A stretch of DNA of 61,102 nt, counting the filler. It is 12 parts of 12 records of this genome, joined end to end, with 100 filler letters (N's around TTAATTAATTAA, not from the genome) between each part and the next. Parts side by side here need not be neighbours in the genome. Positions count along the whole stretch, not along the records: positions 1 to 10,553 come from SRR7504441_12987; positions 10,654 to 14,884 come from SRR7504441_13016; 10 more parts are not named here. One strand, written 5' to 3'. Below the pieces are notes generated by a model. That model saw only the letters and a program-made list of their open reading frames with translations, had not been told where the DNA came from and searched no databases. This document shows, piece after piece, positions 1 to 13,600 of the stretch; within the stretch, counting starts at the first letter, position 1, and each line of letters begins with the position of its first letter. The translations under genes were made by a program, and so were the position numbers.

Positions 1-3000
1 AGCATTTCCCTGACAGTGTGAACCTTCTGGTCAGGTCCTATTGCGTCGTCTGGTGATGTGCACAACGCTAAAGCTGACTGGAACCTCTTGGTGACAATAT
101 CCTGTAAACCAATGCTACCTTCTGAAACCATGTCGTAGATGGAGCACCTGCACGCACTCGGCACATCCAAAGCAGACTGGCGGAGGTCATCAACAAACGC
201 AGTTTTCCATGAGTTACTGAAGTCAAGATACCAATGCCTTTGCTGCATGCCCGTCCCGGGCGGAAGGTGCACTAGCAAAATCAGGTGGTGCTGCCCAGTC
301 AGGTCGGTACTGCTTTGACTATTAAAGGCTTGCTCGCAGATGAGCCGAGCATGCATAATCATCGCATGTGAACTCCGCAGGGGATCGCATTGCAGCACAA
401 GAATACTATCGAGAGGGCGAGTCAAGAACTGTGTCAAGGCTTTCTCGAGAGACTTTGCACTGTGCACGTCACCCAGTTGGACTAGGCAAGTATTAAAGGA
501 TGCTAGTGAAGCATAACACCCAGCATCGAAATGTGCCGACGGAGAACGCGTCAGAAATATAGACATGGTCAGAGGAGATCTAGGCAAAACAAAAGCCTGA
601 ACCGCACAGCTGAAGTTGGCACTTCTCTTAAAGTAATCACTGGCTGATACGCGCTGGAGCTCTACCGAACGCCAAGCGGGAAACGGCAGTGCTACATCCG
701 TCAGCGCTTGCTTCATGGCTTCGATTCTAGCCATGCGATCCTCCTCTTTCAGATCTGTCAAGTCAAACTCGGGAGACGATTGAGCCGGAAGGAAGCACAG
801 TACCAACGAGTGTAGGGTACCGCAGTGAAATCCGCAAAAGAGTTCTTGCAGGCTTGAAAGATTGAGATCATCCACTATCATTTTGATCCAATCTAAGAGC
901 GTTTCAACAACTGCTTGCTGTAGAGGAACCAGCACGTGTTCAGCGCACAGCACTTGCTTCTCAAACCGGTTGAGTAGCGGAAGATCAAGGTTGTTATATG
1001 CATGCTGCTGCTCGACAACCACAATAACCTTGAAGCCGTCAGCGACCTGGCAAAGCTGGGACCTAGTGCCTATGGCCAGTCGCAGCATCTTACGAATCTC
1101 TCCTGTCTCAGGATGTGTCTTCATCAGGTATCTCTGGTTAAGCACATCGTACAGGGCCTGCCCGGTGTCACAAAACTAAAATGAATATGAGGAACCTCGT
1201 AGATGTTGTCGTGATTTAAAAGAACGATGGTGGACCCTGAAAGTAACACCGATTAGCTCATTATTTGCACCAAATACCGACCTCGAGCCATCGCAACCTT
1301 GACTTCATTCACATGGCTGACTAGGTAGAGTTCAGATCGGTCTTCTGAGAATTCGCTGCCTACTAGAACAACTGTGTCCTCTTTTGTGAGGACAGAGCTT
1401 TCAAACAGGAGTTGCAACGCACAACCATTGTGAGTGAGAAGCATCAGATGGCGCGCATTCTCATCTTGGAGGTTTGCAAGTACGAGATCTAAAGTAGAAG
1501 GGATGCACTCGATTAATTTGGATCCCGCCTTCTTCTCCTTTTTATGCCTTTTGTCCGGTTTGGAGTTGTTGGTTGAAGATGTAGTAGCGTACGATGCAAA
1601 TACATCATCGAAGGTACAAAGAGCTCGCGTCAACATCTCAGCTTTGCCTGAGAAGTTTCTGCAGATCGCATATGCCAAAAGCTCTGGCGATACATATTGT
1701 TGTGTCTGGAGCTCTCTTCGGATCAATTTGACGAGTTGGTAAAAGTCTCGCATCCCCAAAAAGTCTCTACCCTGCTGTGTGGTGTAGATCTGATGATACG
1801 CAGCGGCAACAGGTTGTAGCCACGACAACGTCTTTGACTTCGCTGAGCTCTGCTCACATGTAACGATCGAGTTTCCGGTGACTTCAATGTCAAATTCGCT
1901 CGGTTCTGTACGGTTAAGAAAGCAGGCTCGATTCATCTTTGCTGGGTCTAGTGCCCAGTTGGAAAGTCCAACGATGGCAATGCTCGGATCTACCAAAATC
2001 GCGTGAAGCACTTTAAGGGGCATATCTGGAGAGTGCTCAGCCAGTCCCACCTCATCCAGTAGTAGCACTGTAATGCAGTCAGTTGAATGACTCTGGTAGC
2101 GACATGCCATCTCGAACTGGGTCTCGATTCCTTGTGCGGTGCTCATGGGAGAGCACTGGTAGTGGAAGACATAAACAGCAGGGAATGCTGCAGGGCAAGT
2201 GTGGATCAATGCTGTACACCCAGTCACTAGGCACCTGTCCAGAAAGAGCGGCGACTCTGCCTACCTTGAAGGTTGCTGCAAGCACGAGCCATTATCACAA
2301 CAATGGTGAAAGAGTTTATCTATTGCAAGCTGCCATTGCATACCCTAAACGACAGGCCGCACCTAGCCAACACTTGCATCGTTAGCGTCTTCGAAGAACC
2401 CGGTTTCCCGACGATGAAGATTGGGATCCTATTCAACACACAGACTGTGGTTACAAAGAGATTTTCTGACAACGCTCGGTTCATGGCAATGTCAGGCTCG
2501 ACCTCCATGTTCTGGCAGATAGAATCCTGCGCTTGGGCTATGACCAACTCCATCTTACCTGGATTCAGGAAGCTATCGAATCCTAAGCCACTCGAAGCTG
2601 TCGGGCCCCGCTGCTTGCGTTTGTTTCGCGAACCCTTTTTGGGTTGTTCTGGGAGAAGTTTGACTAGAGTCTCACGCAAAGCCTCAAAATATGCAGCTCG
2701 CGATTTGCTATCGCCCAATCTGTAGTAGTAAACATGCGCGAGAGAGAGTACGATTGCACAAGCGAACTTGATCTCTGGAGGCTCCTTTTCAGCATTTCGA
2801 TACATCAGCTTGCCCTGTGCACTTGTAATTGGCACAAAGAACTTTGCCAGGTCTAAGCATCGCTTCACATCTCGCAAGCTTACCATACTCGGATCATTCT
2901 CGATCTCACGCACGAAAACTTGAGAAGCAAGAATCAACTCAGCCATGATGTTGAGAGCTCGTTGCGGCTGGCCGCCAAAGCCAGACACCATTGAGTGTAT

Positions 3001-6000
3001 GTAGAGTCGCTCCTTGTTCGTATGTAGAGCTCCAAAGTCAAATAAGAACTCTGCAAGAGTCAAGCCCAGTGGGACCACACGATAAACTAGCGAGCTCATA
3101 GGATCGGGCGTGGATTGTTCAGCAAGCTTGTAGACAAGACCTGGTGTCTCTGCCCTGTGCCCAGGCGGCCACTGCCTGTACGGGTTGCATGCAGCAAGCA
3201 CCTTGATGCCATCATGTAATGGCGTTCCGCGTACTGACCGATGAACAATAGCTTCGATCATGAGCCCCATGTGAACACAGCTGTTGATCTCATCCAAGAA
3301 GACGAAAACTGACTCAGGTCTGTGTGGGCTTTCAAGAAGCGTCCTAGCATCCTCGAAGATGTCCACAACATCTGACTCTTCTGTTCCGCCGTGCACATTC
3401 AAAACAAGAAGCTTGGCGTCAATCCAAGCACAGAGATATCGTATTAACTGAGTCTTTCCACAGCCGCACTCGCCTTGCAGTATAACTGGGACTCCACATC
3501 GCACCCGAACGAAAATGGCCAGCATCTTGAGTAGGCTGTCGCTGGTGATGCAGTACTTCCCTCCGAGCAAGGATTGCGCTTCGTCCTGAGTTCGGTATTT
3601 GTTTGTGATTGTACACAAAACACCGTAGAATTTCTGATTCAGGCTCTCCAAAGAGCGTCCCTGATTCAGAGCTTCAATGATCGCTCCACTATCTTCGCCG
3701 AGATGTGAGCCAACTGCAATGTTATTGAGTTCCAAATGCCTAAGAAGCATTGGATGCATGCTGGCCACCATCACCTTTGGTGACAGGGATAAGAACACAA
3801 GAGCGTGGTTTGCATTTGAAAAGAGCATACACTCATGATTGGACTCGTTCCAAGGCATCAGTGTTTCCATTGGTGACAAGTCAAAATCCACAAGCCTGTC
3901 GCTTGCATTTGAATCTATTGGCTTGATCGTGTGGCCTGACTCTAAGATTTCCTCAGGCATTATCTTCCAGGTTCCCTCGATGTCCTCTGTGTTCGATAGC
4001 GCGAACGCACCCTCGTCGTTGTTGCAAACGGGAGATATCTGCCAGTCCTGATGCGGCGATCGGAAAAGATGACGACGGGGTGTTTCAACCACTGCTTCCC
4101 CTTTAGCGGGTTCGATTTCCATGATGTAATGTGGAAAGCCCTCGATGTCATCGTACGGAGGCTGTCGGAGGTAGGTGCCATTCAGCATGTTTTTGGATGA
4201 GGCATTTATGATTTGAACTGCATCACCTTCAAAACCATCCGGATGCCTGTGCAGCCTTACTCTCATTGCCTTGTCTTCTTGCCAGCCCGGCTGCGTCATC
4301 CACTGGTGGGTCTGGGTTACTTGACTGGGGTCAGCACCGTCATCGACCTTAGCTGAAGCAAACACGACACCCGATGCTGTGATAATGTTATCGATGACCC
4401 ATTCGTTCGAACGGCTTCGATAGTACAAGAAGAAGGGCTCTTTGGCTACCTTCCGCTCAAAGACCGGCTGTCCATCGTTTTCGAAAGCGCAACGGCGCCA
4501 TCTGGCATTCCAGCCGGAGTGCGAAAACCCATCCAGCTGCACAGCAATCAACCTGAGATCATCACTGGTGCTGAATCTGCTGGACGTTAAACGTGTCGCA
4601 AACTGCCTGGCTGTCTTAATTACGAATGCGATCAGTTCGCCTTTGATCTTCTCTTTGTCTTCAACGTCCTCTTCGTTGCCTAGCTCTGGAATGCAGGCGT
4701 TATTGATAGGCGATTCAGGATGGTGCATCTCAGCAAGTTGCCAGTACAGTACGTTGACAAAGGACCAGAGACACCAAAACGACGGCTGCTGGGTATCCAT
4801 CGCCTCAGCAAGCACGTGGAATGCCGCCTGCGCTTCAGTTTCACGATGCTCTGTGAACGTATGTGGGAACCCAACGTGCCTGCTTTGAATACAAAGCGCG
4901 TGGCAGACGTAGTGGAGGCGCGAAAAAGCAGTCGAAGAGGTCGACGCCTCCGTTGTTTCAGTAGCATTGTTTCCTGTTCCAATGGCGACTGTGCCGTCGC
5001 AGCGCTGCGAGAAGAACTCGTGACCCATCGCAGCCTTCAAAGTATCAGCATTAGTGCAGAAGGTTTCTGGGCAAGCTGCAGCAACATGCTGCTCTAGCAA
5101 ATTACAGGTGTGCAGCATTCGACTACGAACACCAACCTCCAGACAAAGAATGGTTGTGCTCGGGTTGAAGAAGAAGACACGCCCTGTGGAGTAGTCGACG
5201 ACACTTTGGAATAGACAAATCTGAGCGATCACTGCCTCTAGGTCTGACGGCACGCTGTCAGCGATGTCTAGGTGGAACACAACTGGCCCTTGTGGAATTT
5301 TTCGGTGGAGCATTTCCTGTATGAATTCGGAGGCAGACAAGTGGCCATTGATGGGAAAGTGTAAATATTCAGCATTAGAACGAATGGCCTCCAAGCGAAC
5401 GTTGAATGTCTTACCGTGACCAGCCTGACCGCTATGCACCACAATCCGTGGCTTACTTTGCAGACGAATAAAGACTTCGCTGAGAACATTTTGGATTGTC
5501 GGAATCGGCAAACCTCGGTACTGAGTTCGTCTGTGGGCGAAATGGGCAGCGATTGAGGCGCGTCCAGGATCACAAGTGAACAACAGTAGGGTCGCCGTAC
5601 AGCTTTCCTCTCGCGCCGACTCTTTCATCATTAGAGCGGCATCATGTTGAAAACTCTGGGATATCTCATCGATCGGCATCGCAAAGAGATGCTCGCCTCT
5701 GCCGTGGTTGTTTGACGTGCGCCACCTGGCTATGAAATTGCTGAGTTCCTCCCATGTTGTACTTGCGTCTGGGATAAGGAGTGTTGTCCGGTCAGGCAAA
5801 AGCTTGGCTCGAAGGAACGCCGATACAATCGAACTCATCACATCTGCTTCGCTATCCACGCTGACAAGGACGACACCAGAAATTTCGTAATCAAAGCAGT
5901 TATCGGCCTCTTGAACGTTAAGCATATTTTCACTATCGGGGTATCTGTTGTCTACTGCAGGGAGGTGCGCTACTGCCCTTTCGATGCACATACCAAGGCG

Positions 6001-9000
6001 GCAAATCTTACTTGTTGAATGACCGAATTCGCTTTCTGACCACAGTGAGTGCAACTGAGTCTCAAAAACACTAGTCTGGTCAGAGGTGGCAACATCAGGA
6101 TTGAGGCAGTGCAGCAGTTCTCGGATAGCTGGCCCCTCGCTGGGATTATTCAGTTCGTTTATTACCTTGCAGAGGAGTTTCAGTCCGCAAAAGTTGAGAT
6201 GGACATACAGTTTGCGCGCCTCCTGGACGCTGAGATCCCATTCACCCACGATAGCGCGAAGCTGCGTGGCCTTTTCTCTGATGACCTCTGGATCAGTATC
6301 AAATGGGACTTCGATGTGGAACTCCTGGTATTCGAAGTGGCCCTGCTGCTGCAACAGAACAGATGATTCGTGGTACTCGCACATCCAGTTAAACGACGCA
6401 TTGAATTTGGCGATTGCTTCAGCAACATCTGGGCTTCGAGTTGCCGTGCTGCCGAGGACAATGGAGGCCTGGAAATCACGAAGTTCGTCTAGCTGTAAAC
6501 AGCTGCGTCGGTGCTCAGTACCTGTGATAGAAAGCCCTAGGCCTACAAGCGAGCCATACTCAAGCCTTAATGATCCTCTGCTCTGGTCACTAGTATTTGA
6601 GCTACAAACCCATCGCGAGCTGCGTCGAGGATCTCGAAGCTGAAAGAGTCTACTGGCTAGGGTCTGGTCCTGGTCATCTGAAAGCACCTCCTTAAGTCCC
6701 TCGAGGTTTGCGTTGCACTCGTTCAGGTGGGTAAAGATCACTCCATGCGGGTCGGGTGGAAACGCGAGTAGAGCCAGTGCCTCGTCAAGCGACCCGTACT
6801 TATCTGTAGGACGATACAACATGCTGTGGAGTGCTGCACGCGTAGCTTGAAGCATACTCAGCAACTCTTCGTTGACCCGGCCGGGTTCACCAGGTTTCTC
6901 AACCCACATGGATGCAGGACACTCCATCTCACCTTTACCCATCGCCATTTCTAACGCAGTCACGAATTCCTGGTCGCTGTCTTTGGTCCGGAGCCACGTC
7001 ATCAATGAGCCACATTGGCAAATCTGCTCAAATAACGGCAGATCGATGTCAACTAGACGAACATCAATCAGGTGAAGCATACTTAGTATTGGGGCAATCT
7101 CATACAGTCGCAGAGACTTTGCGCTCGGCTTTTGCATGAAGGCTTCGACTGCACCAAGAGCCGCTGTGACCGCCTCAAAGTCCTTTTGGCCTGCCTCAGC
7201 CTCAACCCAGCCGCCAAGGAGCCGGAGCTTGGTGCCAATTGCTGCATATTCGCTGTGAACACGATCGAGGTGTTTCCAGTTGTCAATCGACTCTGCAACA
7301 CGCGACACCCACCGGAGGTCCGCCTCTGGTGCAATGTGCGCCTCGCTTTGCGCGGTACGGCAAATCAGCGACAACTCGCCCTCAGTGGCATCAGCACCAA
7401 TGCCGCCAGAAAGCGCGCTCAATGAGATCGCCTCGGTGTCCAGGTCTGTCCAGAGCGCTTTCCACGCTACCATGGCTGGTTTGATCTTCTCCAGATCTTC
7501 CAATTCGTCGGACAGCGAACTCCATACGCGAGTAAAGAGTTTGGATGCTCTGAGCTCATGCAACCAGGGCAATGCTACCAGTAATCCTTCAGGGAGAGGG
7601 CCCTCGATGCCGTGAGGCAAATCTGGTTGATTAAAGCCGGCTGCCTCAAGCCGGGTCGTTGCCTTTGGATCGGGTTCTAATCTAGAAGATCTCCGCAGAA
7701 ACACTCTGAGTGCTTTGACCGACGATTCTTTCCAGTGGGTTTTAAGAAATACAGCTGCGCTCACTTCAGGTGCCTCAGGCATTCGGTGAACCACAGCCTG
7801 TTTCAGCTGATCAAGGAGAAAGTATGCCTCCTTCGCCTCTTGTAGCAGGGTAGGTATGAGTTCGGCTGCTTTGTGATGACCCAGGGCCTGCAAAGTCGGA
7901 CGAAGGCTTACCTCAAGACTTTTCTCCAGAAGTTCAACAGTACAGACATGCGCATGAATTTTGTCACGAGCTAGATCTAGACACTGAAGTGGCTTTTCCA
8001 TTGCTTGCTGAAGAATATTAAAGGATGCATTGCTGGCTTCACTGCCTTTATTGCTGCCTGGTGCAGCGCGGAGCCTTTGAGAAGCACAGATGCGCTCTGC
8101 TTCAGCAGCGTAGCAGTTCCATCTCGTCAAACTGCACCAGGCCTCTGGGTAGCTCGACAACAACTCCAACAAAGAGAAGTCGCTACCAAGAGGGATCAAC
8201 AGGCGACAAGCTAATGTTGCTACTATACGATACAATAGACTTCGACGCTCCTCCGGCATGCGATAGAGTTCCTGTAGCAAAGAGTAAGCGTGCAGCGGGC
8301 AACATTAAATTCCATCACCTTTGCCATGTCAGATTCCAGTGAAGTGGACAACAGATTATCTGTGAGCACAGCTGCATCGAACTGAACATCCCCCAAGACC
8401 TGGGAAACTGCCTCTTCGAAAGCATCCATGGTGATCCTAGGGAGAGTCCGGCTTGAGACAGCATGAAGGACGCCAATGTCTGAAAAAGAGAGACCATGCT
8501 TGGTTCTAGCGGCTGAGCTGCAGAAGACAGTCATCAGCACTGTTAAGTAATCAAAGCCACCTCAACTGTGAGCATATCAGCCAACGAAAGGTTGGTGCCA
8601 TGCTTTGCTTTGCGGTGGCGGTTTCCTGCTCCTCTGCTACCAAATGCTCTCGCTCCAATTCACCCCACCTGCAGCGCAACTCAGACTCACGCAAAGGCGA
8701 TTATGCACCGATTGATCATGCTGACGAGCATTTTGCTTGATGCTTCCGGTTCCTCGAGTACCGCCGTAAAATCAATTGGGTACCCCAAAAGTACACGGTT
8801 CAACCAAGCTACCACAGCTCGTGTCAGAGGCCCACTTGCCTCGGGTAGCTGAACGGCTCTGGAATCGGTGGGAGAATTCAGCACCACCGAGATAAGGCAA
8901 AACGACTCGTTGTCGATTTGAGGCGCGAAGCCAGGACTACTGAACAGTGAGATGAGCGTCTCTTCGTCCAGAAGCCCAGCTGCATGACAGTGCCTTAAAG

Positions 9001-10553
9001 CACGCAAGTCTCTTCGATTCAGCGCATCTGATTTCGAGCTGTAGTACTGGCCATTGGCCAGGCGTTTGCCTAAGGCGTCGCGCAAGCAAGAAGAGGCAAC
9101 GTCAGAGACGACCAGGTGGCCATTGGGACAAATGACCTGCGCCAGAGCTGACAAAGAAGGAGCAGATTTCACCACACTAGCAAGAACAGTCGAATCACAT
9201 TCAAACGCGCTCAGAGAGCTAACATCCTCGGGCGCAGCAGCGCCCTCCGTACCTTCAGAATGATCAAGGTAGCAATGCTGCATTGCAAGACGCGCAGCTT
9301 GCTCAAAGCTTTCATCGAGAGCACAATGCCGGTACCACCAGTATGCCTTACGCGCGCCTTCGAACGAGGCCACTGCAAGCTCGAAATTTTCAATTCCTTC
9401 CTTAGATATTTCCTTGACTTCCTCGGAGGCCTCTTTAATTGGCTTTTGGACTTGCTTATATTCCAAGTGAACGCCGTTGTCTACCCAGCTGGGCACCAGC
9501 CTTCGAATCCGATTCCCGTAGGTCTCGACCAAAGCGATGCAGCCACTTTGAAGAGCGCACAGGCCCGCCGGTCCAGAACACAGCGAATTGCGCCCTTCTG
9601 CATCGTAGAAGCCACGGTTCCCCGACCCCATGAGTGTCGCCACATGGCCATCTGTGAGTCGCAGTTTTCGAATCTTTTCATTGCTGAAGTCAGCAACCAG
9701 CAAGCATCTCCGACTCTCGACTTGTTCAACCTTATTTTGTTCCTCAGCAAGATTCGCCCTGCTTCTATTGTAAGCTCTCAAAAGTGGCACAATCGGCTTG
9801 CCAGCTTTGGACTTATGCAGAGAGTCCTCCATGATTTCTCTTTGCCCTATGGTGGCTGCAGTGCAGTGCATGAAGAGAGTTGAGGTAGGCCCGTCGCCCA
9901 AGGATTTACCCAGAGTCTTGTGGAAGGTTTCAGCAGATCGCAGGTATTGCTGTTGCGCAGCATCCAAGCGCCAGACTGACTCAGTGATCTGCACCTGTTC
10001 CTTGCGAAGCTCTGGGAGGCGCCCTGCCTTTTTGGCCTTTATGACGTCGAGCAGCTTATCGTGTTTCTCGCTCAATAGGTGCTGCCGTATGGCCTTCCAT
10101 TGCTTCGAGCCAAATAAGCCACCTTGCTCAAACCCCATGATTTCTTCAGCTCGAGCCTTGGCCAGCAGTCGCTGAAGTGCGAACTTGGTCTTTTCTCTTG
10201 CAGTGTTTCGGGCTTGCCACCTGTTCATTAGGCTTTCGATTGCAACCAGCGAACTGTCTGAGGGGAAAGCCGAGGAAAGTTCGGCACGGGCATGTGCAAA
10301 GCGAGAGTGAGCTCCTTCAAGCATCGTTTGGGCTTCCGCTAGCGCCTCTGGGTCGAAGTACTCGGCCACTTCTGAGGGCGACCGGAACAAGGCTGGTGAA
10401 CCGTCTTTACTCCCAGCACGGTTCACCGTGCCGGCCAGCGTTGTCACTTGACTCAAGTCTGCTGAGAGCTGGCGAATGCTGTGCTTGTCGGCAAATACCA
10501 AGCAGCCATTCGAAATAAGCAGCAACGAAGCGGGCTCACTAAGTCGGGCAAAT
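1..10553 (-). CDS. RNF213: Giant RNF213/mysterin-like AAA+ ATPase with N-terminal NHL repeats; multi-exon, truncated at both ends (>3,300 aa)
   Basis: RNF213-type motifs in the expected order: GQAGHGKT, GECGCGKT..VFLDEIN..AACNPYR..LVYRV, VGKPGSSKT..YQCSP..LLDEVGLAE..PLKVLH..SNWALDPAKMNRA..RDFYQLVK, IYEALYDVLNQ..PLLNRFEK. GT-AG introns at 8518-8560, 8272-8318, 2276-2362, 2188-2234, 1237-1281, 1158-1195 and one near 8669-8708 join ORFs 8687-10525, 8223-8540, 2320-8280, 1253-2227 and the open exon 1-1157 in frame. The symbol denotes family similarity; orthology is not shown. Confidence 0.9.
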
Positions 10554-10653
10554 NNNNNNNNNNNNNNNNNNNNNNNNNNNNNNNNNNNNNNNNNNNNTTA
10601 ATTAATTAANNNNNNNNNNNNNNNNNNNNNNNNNNNNNNNNNNNNNNNNNNNN
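10554..10653. other. Artificial contig spacer
   Basis: 44 N + TTAATTAATTAA + 44 N, identical at 11 places. Confidence 0.99.
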
Positions 10654-13600
10654 AATATGAGTGTTCGTGGCATAATTGCAATGTCTCGTCGAGTGAGCGG
10701 CAGCGGCCAGCTAACAACAAAACCTGCTTCCCAACCAAAGCACAATCATGTGATCAGCGTTATCAGCGTTAATATGCAACATCCGCACCTTGTAGCCCAC
10801 AAATGATAACATGCGTAGCAACTTAAGATCCTTGGACAGCTGCCCCAATACAGAAGACCTGAGAGTCTTAGAGAGTGAGATCATTGGCTGGGGCTGAGTT
10901 TTGCTGGTGCCGTCGAAAGTCCATTTCTGGTATTGTACAAAGGGGCGAGCTTCCAGAAACGAGCCGTCCTCATATTGAAAAGCTAATGAAGACAAAGGAG
11001 GGATGCGGATCTGCGCCTAACATGTCAAGGCTGAGATAACACCAGACTTATGCTATCAAGTAGTAGGATGAGCGATGATACATTATTCTCGAGCAGCAAA
11101 ACTTGTATCGACATATTTCTCCATGCCACAATCAAGTTGCACACAGCGAGCACTGTCGGCAGGAAAGTGTGCTGATTGGTAGCTTTATAGTCCCTTGTGG
11201 CCTCTACAAACTGGCCTACAGAAGAATCGAACTCAACGTTATGTTGCAAGCATGCGATCATACCTATCTCATTGAGCTGCGTCGCAGAGTTCAAGCTCTG
11301 GAACGTAAATTGCGCATTGAGTGTCGTGTGGTTGAAGTCACCATACTGCCCCAGGAAGATACCATCATGAGGATATTGTGCGCACAGGCTACTCAACATC
11401 TTGACAGGGCTGATCTCTTGTAGCAACTGCCTTGTAGTTCTATGCTCACTTGTAATGATTCTCTCATCACTGTCTGCAGGCATCTCGCAGCCAAGTGTGC
11501 AGAATCGCTGCGTAGAGATACGCACTTGCACCTGAAAGCAAAGTTGAAAACATATGCCAGAGAGGAGCAAAGACCACTGCATCCTCTAAAGGTATCTCTA
11601 CTCCTGTCTCACTGTGATGAATGCCACAGGAACGCTTCATGTGCTCTTCAGCCAACATCGTCGCCCCGAAAGGATTTTTGTGCAGAAGGCAAAAGAGCCC
11701 GAGCAGCATGGCATCGAACAATTGAAAATTCTTACAGGACCAAAGCATCTTGGACGGTTTGGGGACGCTCAACTCTGACCCTGCAACGGAAGTATTTTAG
11801 AGTATATTGCAAACCTTGTGACCCAAACTACTGCCCCACCTAGGTTGAGCCCAACAGCATCGAAGAGCGGCAGGTTGGCAAGTGAATGTTCCATAAGCTG
11901 GTCGAAGGACACAGTAGCTCTCATCAAGATGTGCTCACAGCAGAGGTCGGGATCCTAGGCAGCACGTGTAAGCATGCCAGCTCTATGTCACTGGAGGGAC
12001 CTCTGCCATTGGCCCTTGCCTGGCTTCACAGTGGGAACAGCGATATGAAATAGAGCCATCCACACGGGGCTGCAGCCTGATCAGAAAAATCAACCCGAGC
12101 CAGGCACAGCTAGGAGCATGCTTTAGAGTGGCAGCTAGACTACAGGTTACCGATGGGTCACGACACGCCGGTAAAAATCATTGACGCTCTGCCGTAGTCC
12201 ACTCTCCGTGAATCTATCATCCCCATCATCATCTCATGTGGGAGGTGTGGAATTGCCTATGTCTGGCAATTTGTGATTTCACAAAAAAGGCACCCTCGTC
12301 ACACCAAAGTGCACTTGTCCACGACCGATTGTATACATACAGGGCTTCCATCATAGACGCGAAGCCTTGGAACGTGAGCTCTGCAGTACTATGCAAGAAT
12401 ATGGTCAAATTGTATGCCAAAAGCAGCTTTTTTGACTCAGGATACCTAAAGATCCAAATCAGGTCATTGTTCTTTCACTTGGCAAAATACATACCCGTGA
12501 GCCACCAGTGGCGCAAGACCTGGTAATCTATCTTTCATTGAGATTTCATTAGCTTGTTGGGTCCTGGCGACAGAAGCCATGGTCAAATCAATTGTGCACT
12601 CACTTACCATTTACAAGACAAGTATGTGGCTAGCATGTTGGGACAACCCAGAGCCTGCAACGACATAGTCAACTCAAAAGTTGCCCTGAATCTGATTTAA
12701 TGGCACCTTGAGAGCAGAACCAACTTCATCCATGGTGTGTAGCAAATCACCTCCTGGCTTTTGAATAAGTCGCGGATAAAGACACGCCATAAGAAAGTAC
12801 AAAAGCGATTTCGATTAGCCAGTATTACCTTGGAAGTCTGGAGGCTGAGTAAACTGAGTCACCCGTGTATGAACGTTGTAGAAGTAGGTCTGCGTCTGGC
12901 CATTCATCTCTTGTGTCACTTGCCGCCACCACTGCCCGCCAAAGATATTCTCTGAACCACCCAGCCAAGGCTGTCATCTCACCTTGCTTGTGCCGCTGCC
13001 GGCGCCTTCACGCTTCCTGATCCAGTCACCTAGGCTTTGCACAGGGGACATCTCCTACAGACCGGTCAGACTGCCTCGATAGCGTCATCCGCACTGTGCC
13101 ATCATCGACTGCGAATGTGGCGTGGTGCTCTGCTTGTTCAACCGACGGACTGAAGCAGCAGCCCAAGTAACTGTTCGGCTGGGTCTCGACAGCACGCGGG
13201 CTGGGTGGCTCTGGCACCGCACCCTCAGCTGACCAGTTCTACCGCCCCGCCAGCAAACCCACCAGTGCATGTCAATGTTGCAGACTGTGACACTTCCAAC
13301 GAAGAGCAAGTCAACTCTAATGGAAGCACCTTGCCCTTGGCACCTGGGTAGCCGACAACGAGTCGACCGCAAAGCAAACTTTGGCCAACCTGACTGCAGT
13401 CACCTTCTTCATCAACTCAACCAGAAAGCTGCGGCCGCTCTGCATCGTCAGCTCCGCAAACAAATCGTTGGCATTCTGTTGATCACCCACCATTTCGCAG
13501 AGTAGATCCACATCGTTGAGTACCTGCCTTCCACTCGAGCGAGCGACCAAGTTGGTCGCCTGGTCATCTTTCTTCATCTGGACCAGCCCCTCAATCCATT

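Noticed and set aside
8669-8690. Ultra-short 21-22 nt introns in the RNF213-like gene
   Set aside because: An in-phase 40-nt alternative exists for this one, and the neighbouring 21-nt candidate leads to a stop whereas a 43-nt intron restores the frame.
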